From positions 690,001-722,000 of the forward strand of contig NZ_OZ034918.1 of assembly GCF_964030745.1 (NCBI RefSeq): a stretch of DNA of 32,000 bases, written 5' to 3'. Made by a program: the position numbers and the translations under genes. Numbering within the stretch: position 1 is the first letter of the stretch; the number at the start of each line of letters is the position of its first letter. This DNA is from Candidatus Saccharimonadota bacterium (GTDB taxonomy: Bacteria; Bacteroidota; Bacteroidia; Cytophagales; Amoebophilaceae). Below, one piece after another: positions 15,289 to 23,814 of the stretch. The notes below the pieces were generated by a model that was not told where the DNA came from, searched no databases, and was given only the letters and a program-made list of their open reading frames with translations.

Positions 15289-16260
15289 ATGCTTAAAACC
15301 AAGTACTATTATAACCCTGCTACTTGTAGCTATGAGCGTGTACACACATCTATATCGGCTTACATTTTACGTAGTATTGTTTTTATAGTTTTTTCAGTGG
15401 GGTTAGCTGGCGCCATGGTGAAGTATTATCAAGGTAGTACGGTTTCTCCCAGAGAGGCAGAGCTATTACAGGAAAATGAAAGCATGAAGGCTTATTACCA
15501 TATCGTACAAAAAAAAATAGAAAGTAGCCTGTCGGTCTTAACTGCCTTGCAGCAGCGAGATAATAACATTTATAGGGTATTGTTGAATACGGAACCGATA
15601 TCTCCTGAAGAACGCAGAGGAGGCATGGGAGGCGTAAATAAATATGCCCATTTAGGGAAGGATACATTAATTGCACAAACATTGTCTAAGGTAGATCAAC
15701 TAGCTAGTCAGTTAACCATTCAAAAGAAGTCTTACGATCAAATACTCAACCTTGCAAAGAACAAGATTGCCAAATTCGCTTCTACACCTACTTTCCCTCC
15801 CGTTTCTAAAAAACATTTGAAAAGAATATCGGCCCATTTTGGTATGCGCACCCATCCAATCTATAAAATTCGCAAGATGCATGAGGGGGTTGATTTCTCA
15901 GCTCCTATTCATACGCCGATCTACGCTGCTGCGGATGGCTATGTTAAATGGGTGAAAAAAGATAAGAAAGGATATGGCAACCATTTGCTTATTGAGCATG
16001 GCAACGGCTTTCAAACCCACTATGCCCATATGCATACCATAATGATTAAAGAGCGGCAACGTATGACCAGGGGGCAACAAATTGGTACAGTGGGCAATTC
16101 AGGGGATTCTACTGCCCCTCATCTCCACTATGAGGTCTACCACAATGGACGTCGTGTGAACCCAGTGCAATACTTTGTAGGGGAGCTTACTGCTGCTGAA
16201 TATGAAGCAGTGCGTAAACAAGCTGCACATCAAACACAAGCCCTTTGTTCGAATTTTTAG
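15289..16260 (+). CDS. M23-family metallopeptidase with N-terminal membrane anchor
   Basis: 323 aa with a TM segment ILRSIVFIVFSVGLAGAMV and a coiled-coil-like middle. The LytM-type catalytic motifs are HEGVDFSAP (HxxxD) and GNSGDSTAPHLHYEV (HxH). Confidence 0.9.
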   Translation: MLKTKYYYNPATCSYERVHTSISAYILRSIVFIVFSVGLAGAMVKYYQGSTVSPREAELLQENESMKAYYHIVQKKIESSLSVLTALQQRDNNIYRVLLNTEPISPEERRGGMGGVNKYAHLGKDTLIAQTLSKVDQLASQLTIQKKSYDQILNLAKNKIAKFASTPTFPPVSKKHLKRISAHFGMRTHPIYKIRKMHEGVDFSAPIHTPIYAAADGYVKWVKKDKKGYGNHLLIEHGNGFQTHYAHMHTIMIKERQRMTRGQQIGTVGNSGDSTAPHLHYEVYHNGRRVNPVQYFVGELTAAEYEAVRKQAAHQTQALCSNF

Positions 16261-16265
16261 AAGGT

Positions 16266-16631
16266 ATGGAAAAAAAGTATTTTACCATTCAGGAGGTAGC
16301 CCGCCATTTTGGCGTAACCACTTCTTTAATACGTTTTTGGGAAAAAGCTTTTATGGGCATCCTCCATCCCAATAAGAATAGCAAGGGGGCTAGAAGGTAT
16401 CAAGAAAAAGATATTGCTCAGCTACGCTATATTTATACACTGGTTAAAGAAAAAGGATATAGCTTGGCAGGGGCACGAAAGGTCATTCAAAAACATAGTA
16501 CTGGTCTTACAGTTGCACCAGCAGAGGTTGTTGAGCGGCTCCATGCACTACGCGCTTTTTTGGTTGCTTTAAAAAAAGATAAGCAATTTTTTGCACACTT
16601 TTCGCTATGCGCTCATGACCATTGCGCTTAA
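16266..16631 (+). CDS. MerR-family HTH transcriptional regulator
   Basis: MEKKYFTIQEVARHFGVTTSLIRFWEKAF...RRYQEKDIAQLRYIYTLVKEKGYSLAGARK is a MerR-type winged HTH. The ATG at 16266 is preferred over the TTG at 16245 used in the ORF track, and it lies 5 nt after the M23 stop. Confidence 0.8.
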   Translation: MEKKYFTIQEVARHFGVTTSLIRFWEKAFMGILHPNKNSKGARRYQEKDIAQLRYIYTLVKEKGYSLAGARKVIQKHSTGLTVAPAEVVERLHALRAFLVALKKDKQFFAHFSLCAHDHCA

Positions 16632-16707
16632 TGACAGCCGCCTAAGACAGTTTGAGATCTGCTCCCGAAAACCGATCTAAAGTAGTCTGCCTTCATCTTA
16701 AGACCTT

Positions 16708-16757
16708 AAGCTTCAACACCAAAATTGCCATTAGAAATAGGCTTTGCAGAAGGTCTT
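16708..16757 (+). repeat. R1 element, partial copy (right half)
   Basis: aagcttcaacaccaaaattgccattagaaataggctttgcagaaggtct matches the right half of 2990-3134. Confidence 0.8.
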
Positions 16758-16977
16758 TATATGAAGCTTTTATTATCACTTTTTTTTTCATAGTAATGCT
16801 TCTCTACGAAACACAAATAGGTCATTCCTATGCATAATTGGAATGAGGCTATGGCATAATTTTTAATTAAATTTGAAAGTAGCGTGTAATACAGTTAAAA
16901 AATAATTTACACGTACGACGTTTAACTGTACAGAACCTATACATATTTTTTATTCACTTTTTAACGACTGACCTTGT

Positions 16978-19900
16978 ATGATTTGCTTCAACGTATCCCT
17001 AATTACAGTGGCTGCTTTTTTGCTTTTAACCTTGGTGGTAGGGATTGTTTTTAGTAGAAAACAAACCACCTTTCGAGAATATGCAGTGGGGAATAAACAA
17101 TTTTCTACGGCTACTTTAGTAGCTACAGTATTGGCTACTGCTTTTAGTGGAGGAGGGCTAATACGTAATGTGCAGGAAGTGCATAACATTGGTCTCTGGT
17201 GGATAACCTTGATGCTTTTGGCTCCTTTTAGCTGTTGGCTGGTCGGTTCGTTAGCACTACGTATGGGGCGATTTATGCAGCATCTCTCTATGGCTGATAC
17301 TATGGGTAGTATCTATGGTAAATATGTTGGGATCATTACCGCTCTGTCAAGTATTTGTGCTTCTATTGTTATGGTTACTGCTCAAATTAATGTAATAACT
17401 ATGGCTATTAATATGTGTGTAAATGTAGCGAATCTTAATATTAATGTTATTACTGCTTTTGCGACTTTAATAGTTATTATTTACTCTATGTTTGGGGGTA
17501 TTCGTTCAGTTACCTTTACTGACCTATTGCAATTTGTCACTTTTTCAATTATCATTCCCCTTTTGACTTGGTATATGCTCAGAGCAGTAGGAAAACCATT
17601 TGAAGAAATAATTCCTTATCTACAGCAGCAAGAAAAATTTCAGTTTAGTACTGTATTCCATTGGAATACTAATTTGATAGCCTTGATTGTACTATGTTTG
17701 TCTAATACAATTTCCGCTATAAATCCTCCAAACGTGCAAAGGGTATATATGTCTTCTGGCCCCATCCAAGCAAGAAGGGTTTTTTTATATTCAACTCTTT
17801 TTGAAGTGATTATAATAGCCCTGATAACGCTAGTTGGTATATTTGTTTTTGTAAACGCACCAGATTTACAGAAAGCAGAGGTTTGGGACTATATCATGAC
17901 TCATATTCCTTCTTTTTTTAAAGGCCTGCTTGCCATTAGTTTACTCGCTATGGCTATGTCTACAGCTGATTCCTATTTGAATATCTGTTCTGTTATGATT
18001 AGCCATGATATAGTGAAGCGCCTTCAAAATAAAAAAGCAACTACTGATGCATTGCAAGTTAAAGTTGCTAGACGCGCTACACTAGTGGTGGGTCTATTGG
18101 CTATGCTTTTGGCTTTTAAGTGTAAGGATCTGTTTAGATTACTCTGTTGGACCCTTAATTGTTCCATACCTATAGTATCTGCCCCCTTTATTTTAGCTAT
18201 TTTTGGCTTTCAAGGCACTTCCCGTACCGCTTTAATCGGTATGGTGACTGGTCTATTAGCCATTTTAACTTGGGACAAGTGGATTCAACCACTAACAGGA
18301 ATAGATGGTTCTTGTATTGCTATGCTAGCCAACGGCTTAGCCATGATCGCTGTCCACTATTTATTTAAACAGCCGGAGGAGGCAGGCTGGGGTGGTCCAG
18401 ATGACCAGTTTAAACAACTGCAACAAGAACGTGCACGCAAGCGAATGGAACGCAAAGAAGCGATTAAAAATGCTTGGGCCAATAGAAAAATTATTTTATC
18501 TAAGCTGAAATCTAACCATATTACGATGGTATATGTAGGATGCTATATTGTCATTACTATCTTACTGTCTTATTTTATAGTGCCTATTATGCATAATGTC
18601 TACTGGATTATGCTACAACTCTTGTTGGCAGCTTGTCTTATAGGTTATCCATTTGTCTATGATATCTCGAAAAAGATAAGAACCATTCCAGACTGGTGTA
18701 TTGGCCTATGCTGGCTAATGGCCTTAGTGATTTATCTTCCTTTAAGTTTACTTGGTGGAGATTGGTGGAATGTAGGGGATCTGATCTTTAACTTATCCAT
18801 ATTTTTAATGGATGCTGCTTTAATCTTATGGGTATTGCCTCTATACTTGGGTATAGGTGTTGTAACAGCTATTTCATTAGTAGTTTTTTATAAAATATTT
18901 TTTATTAGAGTTTCTTGTTATCCATTATTGCCCCTATTCCTGCTATTTCTAGCAATGCTACTGGTATTTGCCATCGCTATTTCCTTTAAAAGAAAGCTCA
19001 ATCACTATAAAGCTAAAATTCTTTACCTTGAAAATCAGGAAAAAAATAGAGAGTCTCAACAACTAAAAGCCTCTCTCTATGATGCAGCTGCAGTTCCTAC
19101 GGCTGGTAAGGCGAAAGGGTATGGTGCTATTTTAACGCAAGTAATAGGCAAGATTGAGGAGTCTATCTCTTTTTTAGATAGCAATGTTCCGCTTTATAAA
19201 CAGGATTTTCAAAGTATTATCAATAAGCTCTACGATTGGGTGGCTTATTTCAATAGAAGGGCCAAAGCCAAAAAGCATGCGTTGTTGCAGCCTACGCAGA
19301 TTACATTAGATAAGTTGATCCGTAAGTTGGAATTGGCCTTGTCGCACGAGGTGGCTGATCCACCTAGATTACTGGTAGAAAAAGTAAGCGGCTCCGATGA
19401 GAAGCTATCTGCTTATATGGTATGCGACATCTATCAAGTGGTCTACTTATTGGTTCAGGCAGTTTTACGGATTGCTAAGTTAGATCGATCTGGTATGCCA
19501 CTTGTTAAAATACAACTACACGATACTTCTTTGCAGTTTAAACAAGCTGATCCTGTTGATAGCAGCCTGCCTGCATACATCCTTTTTCAAGCTACTGCCC
19601 TGGTAATCAGCCAAGCTACTGCTGCACCTGAAGCACTACCTAAAGTGAAACAGGTCTATGATGATGAAATGGATGCGATTGGTCCTAAAGGGAAACAAGG
19701 AACGCCACCTTCCATAGACCTGCAACAGGAAACCTTATCCAGTATTGTTGGCGCCCATTATGGCTATTGGGAGACATTTGGTGACCAACAACAATCTGCC
19801 ATGCTACTGGTGCTGCCTAATGATGTCACAGATATCTTCAATAAGGTGACTATTACACTCCCTTTAGATGCCCTAACCTTAGAAGCACCTGTTACCCCTA

Positions 19901-20553
19901 AAGAGCAAGCCGATTCGATGATGGTACTCATGAAGTTCCATGATTATGTTTGCAAGTCCTCTTATCAGATGGATCCTGTAGATGTAGGGACGATTTCTGG
20001 TTTGCTTTTATTGCTGAGGCAACATTTTGGTTTTAAACGACATGCTTCTGGTCAATTGTTTTATGTACGAGCAGTAGGGATTGCTGAGTTGGTGGTAGAG
20101 TGGGCTTTTCACTCACCTAAAGTAATCTATGCTGCTTTGTTGTATGAGCTGGTACGTCGTACTTGTTTGCCCCTTTCTTATGTCAAGGAACATTATAACT
20201 TAGGAGTCTATGCTTTTGTCTTGAATGTGGTAGGGATCGATAAACGTCAAGCGTTAGATCACTCTTCGTTACTTTATGTGCAGAATCGTTTGAAAGAAGC
20301 AATTAAGGAAGAGCATGTACAGCTTTCTGTTCTATTTATTAAACTGGCAGAACGACTCTATGACCTACGCCATGCAGCAGGTTATATCCATCTACCAGAG
20401 GTGCAACATATGGCACAAGAAACCTTGTCTATAGATGTAAAGCTGGCTGATACCTATTTAGGGCCAGAGATAGGGCAGGCATTAGAGGAAGCAGCTAAAG
20501 CTGCATTGAATATTTGTAAAATAAAGGAAGTAGAAAGAGAAAAACAAGAATAG
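16978..20553 (+). CDS. Sodium:solute symporter (SSF)-family membrane domain fused to degenerate histidine-kinase-like and RelA/SpoT HD-like cytoplasmic domains
   Basis: 1191 aa. The first ~470 aa form an SSF-type polytopic region (REYAVGNKQFSTATLVATVLATAFSGGGLI, FGGIRSVTFTDLLQF). A second hydrophobic block follows (~aa 520-690). Next comes an HK-like DHp/CA pattern without the conserved His, Asn or Gly boxes (GYGAILTQVIGKIEESISFLD; CDIYQVVYLLVQAVLRIAK; LSSIVGAHYGYWETFGDQQQSAMLLVLP). The C-terminus has a SpoT-type HD pattern with catalytic residues substituted (RQHFGFKRHASGQLFYVRAVGIAELV, AALLYELVRRT, LFIKLAERLYDLRH). The stop TAG lies in the terminus of repeat R1d. Confidence 0.75.
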   Translation: MICFNVSLITVAAFLLLTLVVGIVFSRKQTTFREYAVGNKQFSTATLVATVLATAFSGGGLIRNVQEVHNIGLWWITLMLLAPFSCWLVGSLALRMGRFMQHLSMADTMGSIYGKYVGIITALSSICASIVMVTAQINVITMAINMCVNVANLNINVITAFATLIVIIYSMFGGIRSVTFTDLLQFVTFSIIIPLLTWYMLRAVGKPFEEIIPYLQQQEKFQFSTVFHWNTNLIALIVLCLSNTISAINPPNVQRVYMSSGPIQARRVFLYSTLFEVIIIALITLVGIFVFVNAPDLQKAEVWDYIMTHIPSFFKGLLAISLLAMAMSTADSYLNICSVMISHDIVKRLQNKKATTDALQVKVARRATLVVGLLAMLLAFKCKDLFRLLCWTLNCSIPIVSAPFILAIFGFQGTSRTALIGMVTGLLAILTWDKWIQPLTGIDGSCIAMLANGLAMIAVHYLFKQPEEAGWGGPDDQFKQLQQERARKRMERKEAIKNAWANRKIILSKLKSNHITMVYVGCYIVITILLSYFIVPIMHNVYWIMLQLLLAACLIGYPFVYDISKKIRTIPDWCIGLCWLMALVIYLPLSLLGGDWWNVGDLIFNLSIFLMDAALILWVLPLYLGIGVVTAISLVVFYKIFFIRVSCYPLLPLFLLFLAMLLVFAIAISFKRKLNHYKAKILYLENQEKNRESQQLKASLYDAAAVPTAGKAKGYGAILTQVIGKIEESISFLDSNVPLYKQDFQSIINKLYDWVAYFNRRAKAKKHALLQPTQITLDKLIRKLELALSHEVADPPRLLVEKVSGSDEKLSAYMVCDIYQVVYLLVQAVLRIAKLDRSGMPLVKIQLHDTSLQFKQADPVDSSLPAYILFQATALVISQATAAPEALPKVKQVYDDEMDAIGPKGKQGTPPSIDLQQETLSSIVGAHYGYWETFGDQQQSAMLLVLPNDVTDIFNKVTITLPLDALTLEAPVTPKEQADSMMVLMKFHDYVCKSSYQMDPVDVGTISGLLLLLRQHFGFKRHASGQLFYVRAVGIAELVVEWAFHSPKVIYAALLYELVRRTCLPLSYVKEHYNLGVYAFVLNVVGIDKRQALDHSSLLYVQNRLKEAIKEEHVQLSVLFIKLAERLYDLRHAAGYIHLPEVQHMAQETLSIDVKLADTYLGPEIGQALEEAAKAALNICKIKEVEREKQE

Positions 20554-20908
20554 ACCTGCTGCAAAAGCTATTTCTAATGGCAATTTTGGTGTCGAAGCTT
20601 GTCGTATCTGTTCAACACTATGGCCATAGTGATAAAATGCCCCTGTAAAAAGTTTCGAAATAGAACCCACCCCTTGCAGATGATTAGGAAAAACAGCTTC
20701 CTTTGCAGCCCGCGCAGCGGGCGACTTCTGTTTTTCCATCTGTAAGGGGTGGGTTCCGGAACTTTTTGCCGAGGGCATGATTTTTTGTCCACTTTTTTAT
20801 CAAGAAAAAAGTGGAATACAATTCATTATTAACCAGTGACGTGAATAGATACAGCTTGTCTATGCTCCTCAAATAGATCTAGTATGCTGCGGTGCTTGAC
20901 TGCGCTGC
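20551..20908 (-). mobile_element. R1 element copy d, split by a nested R2 and truncated at its right end
   Basis: tagacctgctgcaaaagctatttctaatggcaattttggtgtcgaagcttgtc (20551-20603) and agcttgtctatgctcctcaaatagatctagtatgctgcggtgcttgactgcgctgcttcc (20853-20908) together match 15071-15190. The element fills the whole convergent spacer between the SSF-fusion gene and lipA. Confidence 0.88.
20604..20852 (+). mobile_element. R2 MITE, full-length copy c, with 8-bp target-site duplication
   Basis: It runs gtatctgttcaacactatgg...gacgtgaatagatac. It is flanked by agcttgtc at 20596-20603 and 20853-20860, and that octamer occurs once at the same point of the uninterrupted R1 copy at 15071-15214. Confidence 0.92.
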
Positions 20909-20914
20909 TTCCAT

Positions 20915-21778
20915 TTAAACATGTCGTTCTGCATGGTAAGAGGAACGTACAAGTGGTCCTGACTCTACGTAAGAGAATCCACGCTTGAGCGCCTCTTCTT
21001 TAAAATGAGCAAATTTATCTGGGTGTACAAAGGTGGCTACTTCAAGATGTTGTTTGGTAGGTTGTAGGTATTGTCCCAGTGTTAATACATCTAAACCATG
21101 CGCGCGTAGGTCATCCATAACCTGATAGACTTCTTCATCTGTTTCGCCTAATCCGAGCATAATACCAGATTTAGAACGTTTTCCATATGCCTTAATCCGT
21201 TTAAGTTGCTCTAAGCTGCGCGCATATTTAGCTTGTGGACGAACTGTTTTATAAAGCCTTTCTACCGTTTCTATATTGTGCGAGACCACTTCCTGACCCG
21301 CACTAATCATGCGCTCTAGCGCCCACCAAATTGCCTTTACATCTGGAATTAATGTTTCTATAGTAGTGGCAGGATTTAAGGCTTTAATCTCCTTAACCGT
21401 TTGATACCAAATTTCTGCGCCACAGTCCTTTAGCTCATCTCTATTTACCGAAGTGATAACCGCATGTTTAACCCCCATTAGATGAATCGCCTGTGCTACT
21501 CGTTTGGGTTCTTCTTTGTCATAAACAGTAGGTCTGCCAGTAGCTACTGCACAAAAGCCACAACTCCGTGTACAAATATTACCCAATATCATAAACGTAG
21601 CCGTACCTGCTCCCCAACATTCTCCCATATTAGGGCAGTTACCGCTGGTGCAAATGGTGTGTAGCTTGTGCTGATCTACAATATCACGCACAGCTCTATA
21701 GTGCTTACCTATCGGTAGTTTAACCCGCAACCAATCTGGACGCTGGGGTATAGTAATGGGTGAGGTTTCTTGCTTCAT
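20915..21778 (-). CDS. lipA: Lipoyl synthase
   Basis: 287 aa with CPNMGECW and the radical-SAM [10 protein letters not shown] cluster motifs, plus typical LipA length and C-terminus. Confidence 0.96.
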   Translation of the reverse strand: MKQETSPITIPQRPDWLRVKLPIGKHYRAVRDIVDQHKLHTICTSGNCPNMGECWGAGTATFMILGNICTRSCGFCAVATGRPTVYDKEEPKRVAQAIHLMGVKHAVITSVNRDELKDCGAEIWYQTVKEIKALNPATTIETLIPDVKAIWWALERMISAGQEVVSHNIETVERLYKTVRPQAKYARSLEQLKRIKAYGKRSKSGIMLGLGETDEEVYQVMDDLRAHGLDVLTLGQYLQPTKQHLEVATFVHPDKFAHFKEEALKRGFSYVESGPLVRSSYHAERHV

Positions 21779-21830
21779 GAAAATGGTTCATAGCTTATAG
21801 GCATCGAATATATTAAAACTTGTAGAATAT

Positions 21831-21890
21831 TAGCCCTCTTTTGACGCCTAACAGCTATCTATTCAGCTAGCTTTTTTCGAAAGAGGGCTA
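21831..21890. repeat. Short R1-like palindromic hairpin element in the lipA / ABC-F divergent spacer
   Basis: The arms of tagccctcttttgacg...tttttcgaaagagggcta resemble the R1 termini and the hairpin inside rnpB (taggcctctttgac...tttcgaaagaggtcta). Confidence 0.7.
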
Positions 21891-22007
21891 TTCATAAAAA
21901 ATATCTTATATTTGCATTCTATGATATAGAACGGTTTGATATCGTTTCCTGCGGTGCTATTTGGAAGCTATACCTTTCTCCTAATATTTTCAAGCTAATA
22001 AAATTCC

Positions 22008-23618
22008 ATGATTGTAATCAATGACCTTACCTACCATTTGGGCAAGCGCACTTTGTATGATTCGGCTGCGCTGCATATTAAACCCAAGGATAAGATTGGC
22101 CTAATTGGACCCAATGGGGCTGGCAAATCTACTTTGTTAAAAATTATTACGGGAGACCTTTCTCCAGATAGTGGTAAAATTACTCGAAGAAAAGAATGCT
22201 CTATTGGCTTTCTCAACCAGGACTTGCTTTCTTATCAATCTCAGGATAGTATTCGAAATGTAGCCATGGAAGCTTTTAGTGAAGCATTGGTTACGCAAAA
22301 AAAGATTGAATCTTTGTGTCAACAGATGGAGGTCAACTATTCCGATGATCTGCTTACACAATTATCAAATCTCCAAGAAACCTTTGAAAGAATAGGGGGA
22401 TATGATATGCAGTCAAGGACCGAGGCCATGTTGGAGGGTATGGGGTTTTCGACTAAAGATTTGGACCGTCCTCTATCTGAGTTTTCAGGTGGGTGGCGTA
22501 TGCGGGTGATGTTTGCCAAGTTGCTTTTGCAACAACCTTCTTTATTGATCTTGGATGAACCTACCAACCACTTGGATCTGGTCTCTATCAAGTGGGTAGA
22601 AGCCTATTTAAAAAGCTACGATAGTGCTTTTATTGTGGTTTCACATGATAGAAGTTTTTTAGATGGTACGACTGCTAAGATTGTAGAGATTGCTGATAAA
22701 AAATTTACCGTTTATGTAGGTAACTACAGTGAGTACGAAATACAAAAATCAGAAAGAAGTACCTTACTGGAAAATGCCTATGCCAATCAACAAAAACAGC
22801 TCAAGCATGCGCAAGAGTTTATAGATCGTTTTAGAGCAAAGGCCAGTAAGGCCAAGTTGGTGCAGTCTAGGATTAAGGCATTGGATAAGGTAGAGAAGAT
22901 AGAAGCACCTACTGCACATCGTAAAACCATTAAATTCCAGTTTTCGATTAAGCACAATCCTAGCAAAATTATTGCAGTAATAGAAAAAATCAATAAATCT
23001 TATGGTGCTGTATCGATTCTAAAAGATGCCGCTGTAGAAATTAACCGGGGTGATAAAATTGCTTTAATTGGTGCAAATGGACGGGGTAAAACTACGTTGT
23101 TGCGTATTATAGCCGAGCATGAGGCAGCTGAACAGCAGCAGAGAAGCTTTGGCAATAATGTAGAAATGGCTTTTTATGCCCAACATCAGTTAGAGGCCTT
23201 AAATTTAGAGCATACCATTATAGAAGCATTGCGTGCCCATAGCAGTAATGATGGGGCAGAACGCACAGAGCAAGAACTTCGTGCCATAGCTGGTATGTTT
23301 CTTTTCACTAAGGATGATGTATTTAAAAAAATAGAGGTGCTCTCCGGCGGTGAAAAAGCACGGGTTGCCTTAGCAACTGTATTGCTCTCTCAAGCCAATT
23401 TTCTACTACTGGATGAACCCACCAACCATTTAGATATGCAGTCCATTGATACCCTTGGGCAAGCGCTACAGCAATATGAAGGCACGTGCTTATTTGTATC
23501 ACACGACCGTAATTTTATTCAACAGGTTGCCAATAAAATTTGGTATATCGAAAATAAAAAAGTTAAGGTATTTCCTGGCACTTATGAAGAATTTAAAGAG
23601 GTTGTCAACCTAACCTAG
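22008..23618 (+). CDS. ABC-F family ATPase (two ABC cassettes, no membrane domain)
   Basis: 536 aa. Cassette 1 has GPNGAGKST, LSGGWRMRV and LLILDEPTNHLD. Cassette 2 has GANGRGKTT, LSGGEKARV and LLLLDEPTNHLD, with a charged linker between the two. Confidence 0.92.
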   Translation: MIVINDLTYHLGKRTLYDSAALHIKPKDKIGLIGPNGAGKSTLLKIITGDLSPDSGKITRRKECSIGFLNQDLLSYQSQDSIRNVAMEAFSEALVTQKKIESLCQQMEVNYSDDLLTQLSNLQETFERIGGYDMQSRTEAMLEGMGFSTKDLDRPLSEFSGGWRMRVMFAKLLLQQPSLLILDEPTNHLDLVSIKWVEAYLKSYDSAFIVVSHDRSFLDGTTAKIVEIADKKFTVYVGNYSEYEIQKSERSTLLENAYANQQKQLKHAQEFIDRFRAKASKAKLVQSRIKALDKVEKIEAPTAHRKTIKFQFSIKHNPSKIIAVIEKINKSYGAVSILKDAAVEINRGDKIALIGANGRGKTTLLRIIAEHEAAEQQQRSFGNNVEMAFYAQHQLEALNLEHTIIEALRAHSSNDGAERTEQELRAIAGMFLFTKDDVFKKIEVLSGGEKARVALATVLLSQANFLLLDEPTNHLDMQSIDTLGQALQQYEGTCLFVSHDRNFIQQVANKIWYIENKKVKVFPGTYEEFKEVVNLT

Positions 23619-23814
23619 CAAAGCATTGTATAGCATACTTCCCCGTTCCTCACTATTGGCTGAACGGAAATGCATTTAAGTTTGAGGATTGTATTTTTAA
23701 ATTAAAAATTTAGTTGTTTATACAGCTGTCTGCTTTTTTTGGCAAAATTGGTAAGAGTGTGTTATATTGCAATCCACTCCACTATGGTAAGATATTTTAT
23801 AACGAAGCGTACGA

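Noticed and set aside
20482-20872. Three overlapping minus-strand ORFs (98, 72 and 62 aa) between the SSF-fusion gene and lipA
   Set aside because: All are read-throughs of the nested R1/R2 repeats and mutually overlap in different frames. The 98-aa ORF also overlaps the 3' end of the well-supported plus-strand CDS.
23619-23814. Terminator after the ABC-F gene (ccgttc…gaacgg)
   Set aside because: The stem is only 6 bp with a long loop and no following T-run, so it is not convincing.
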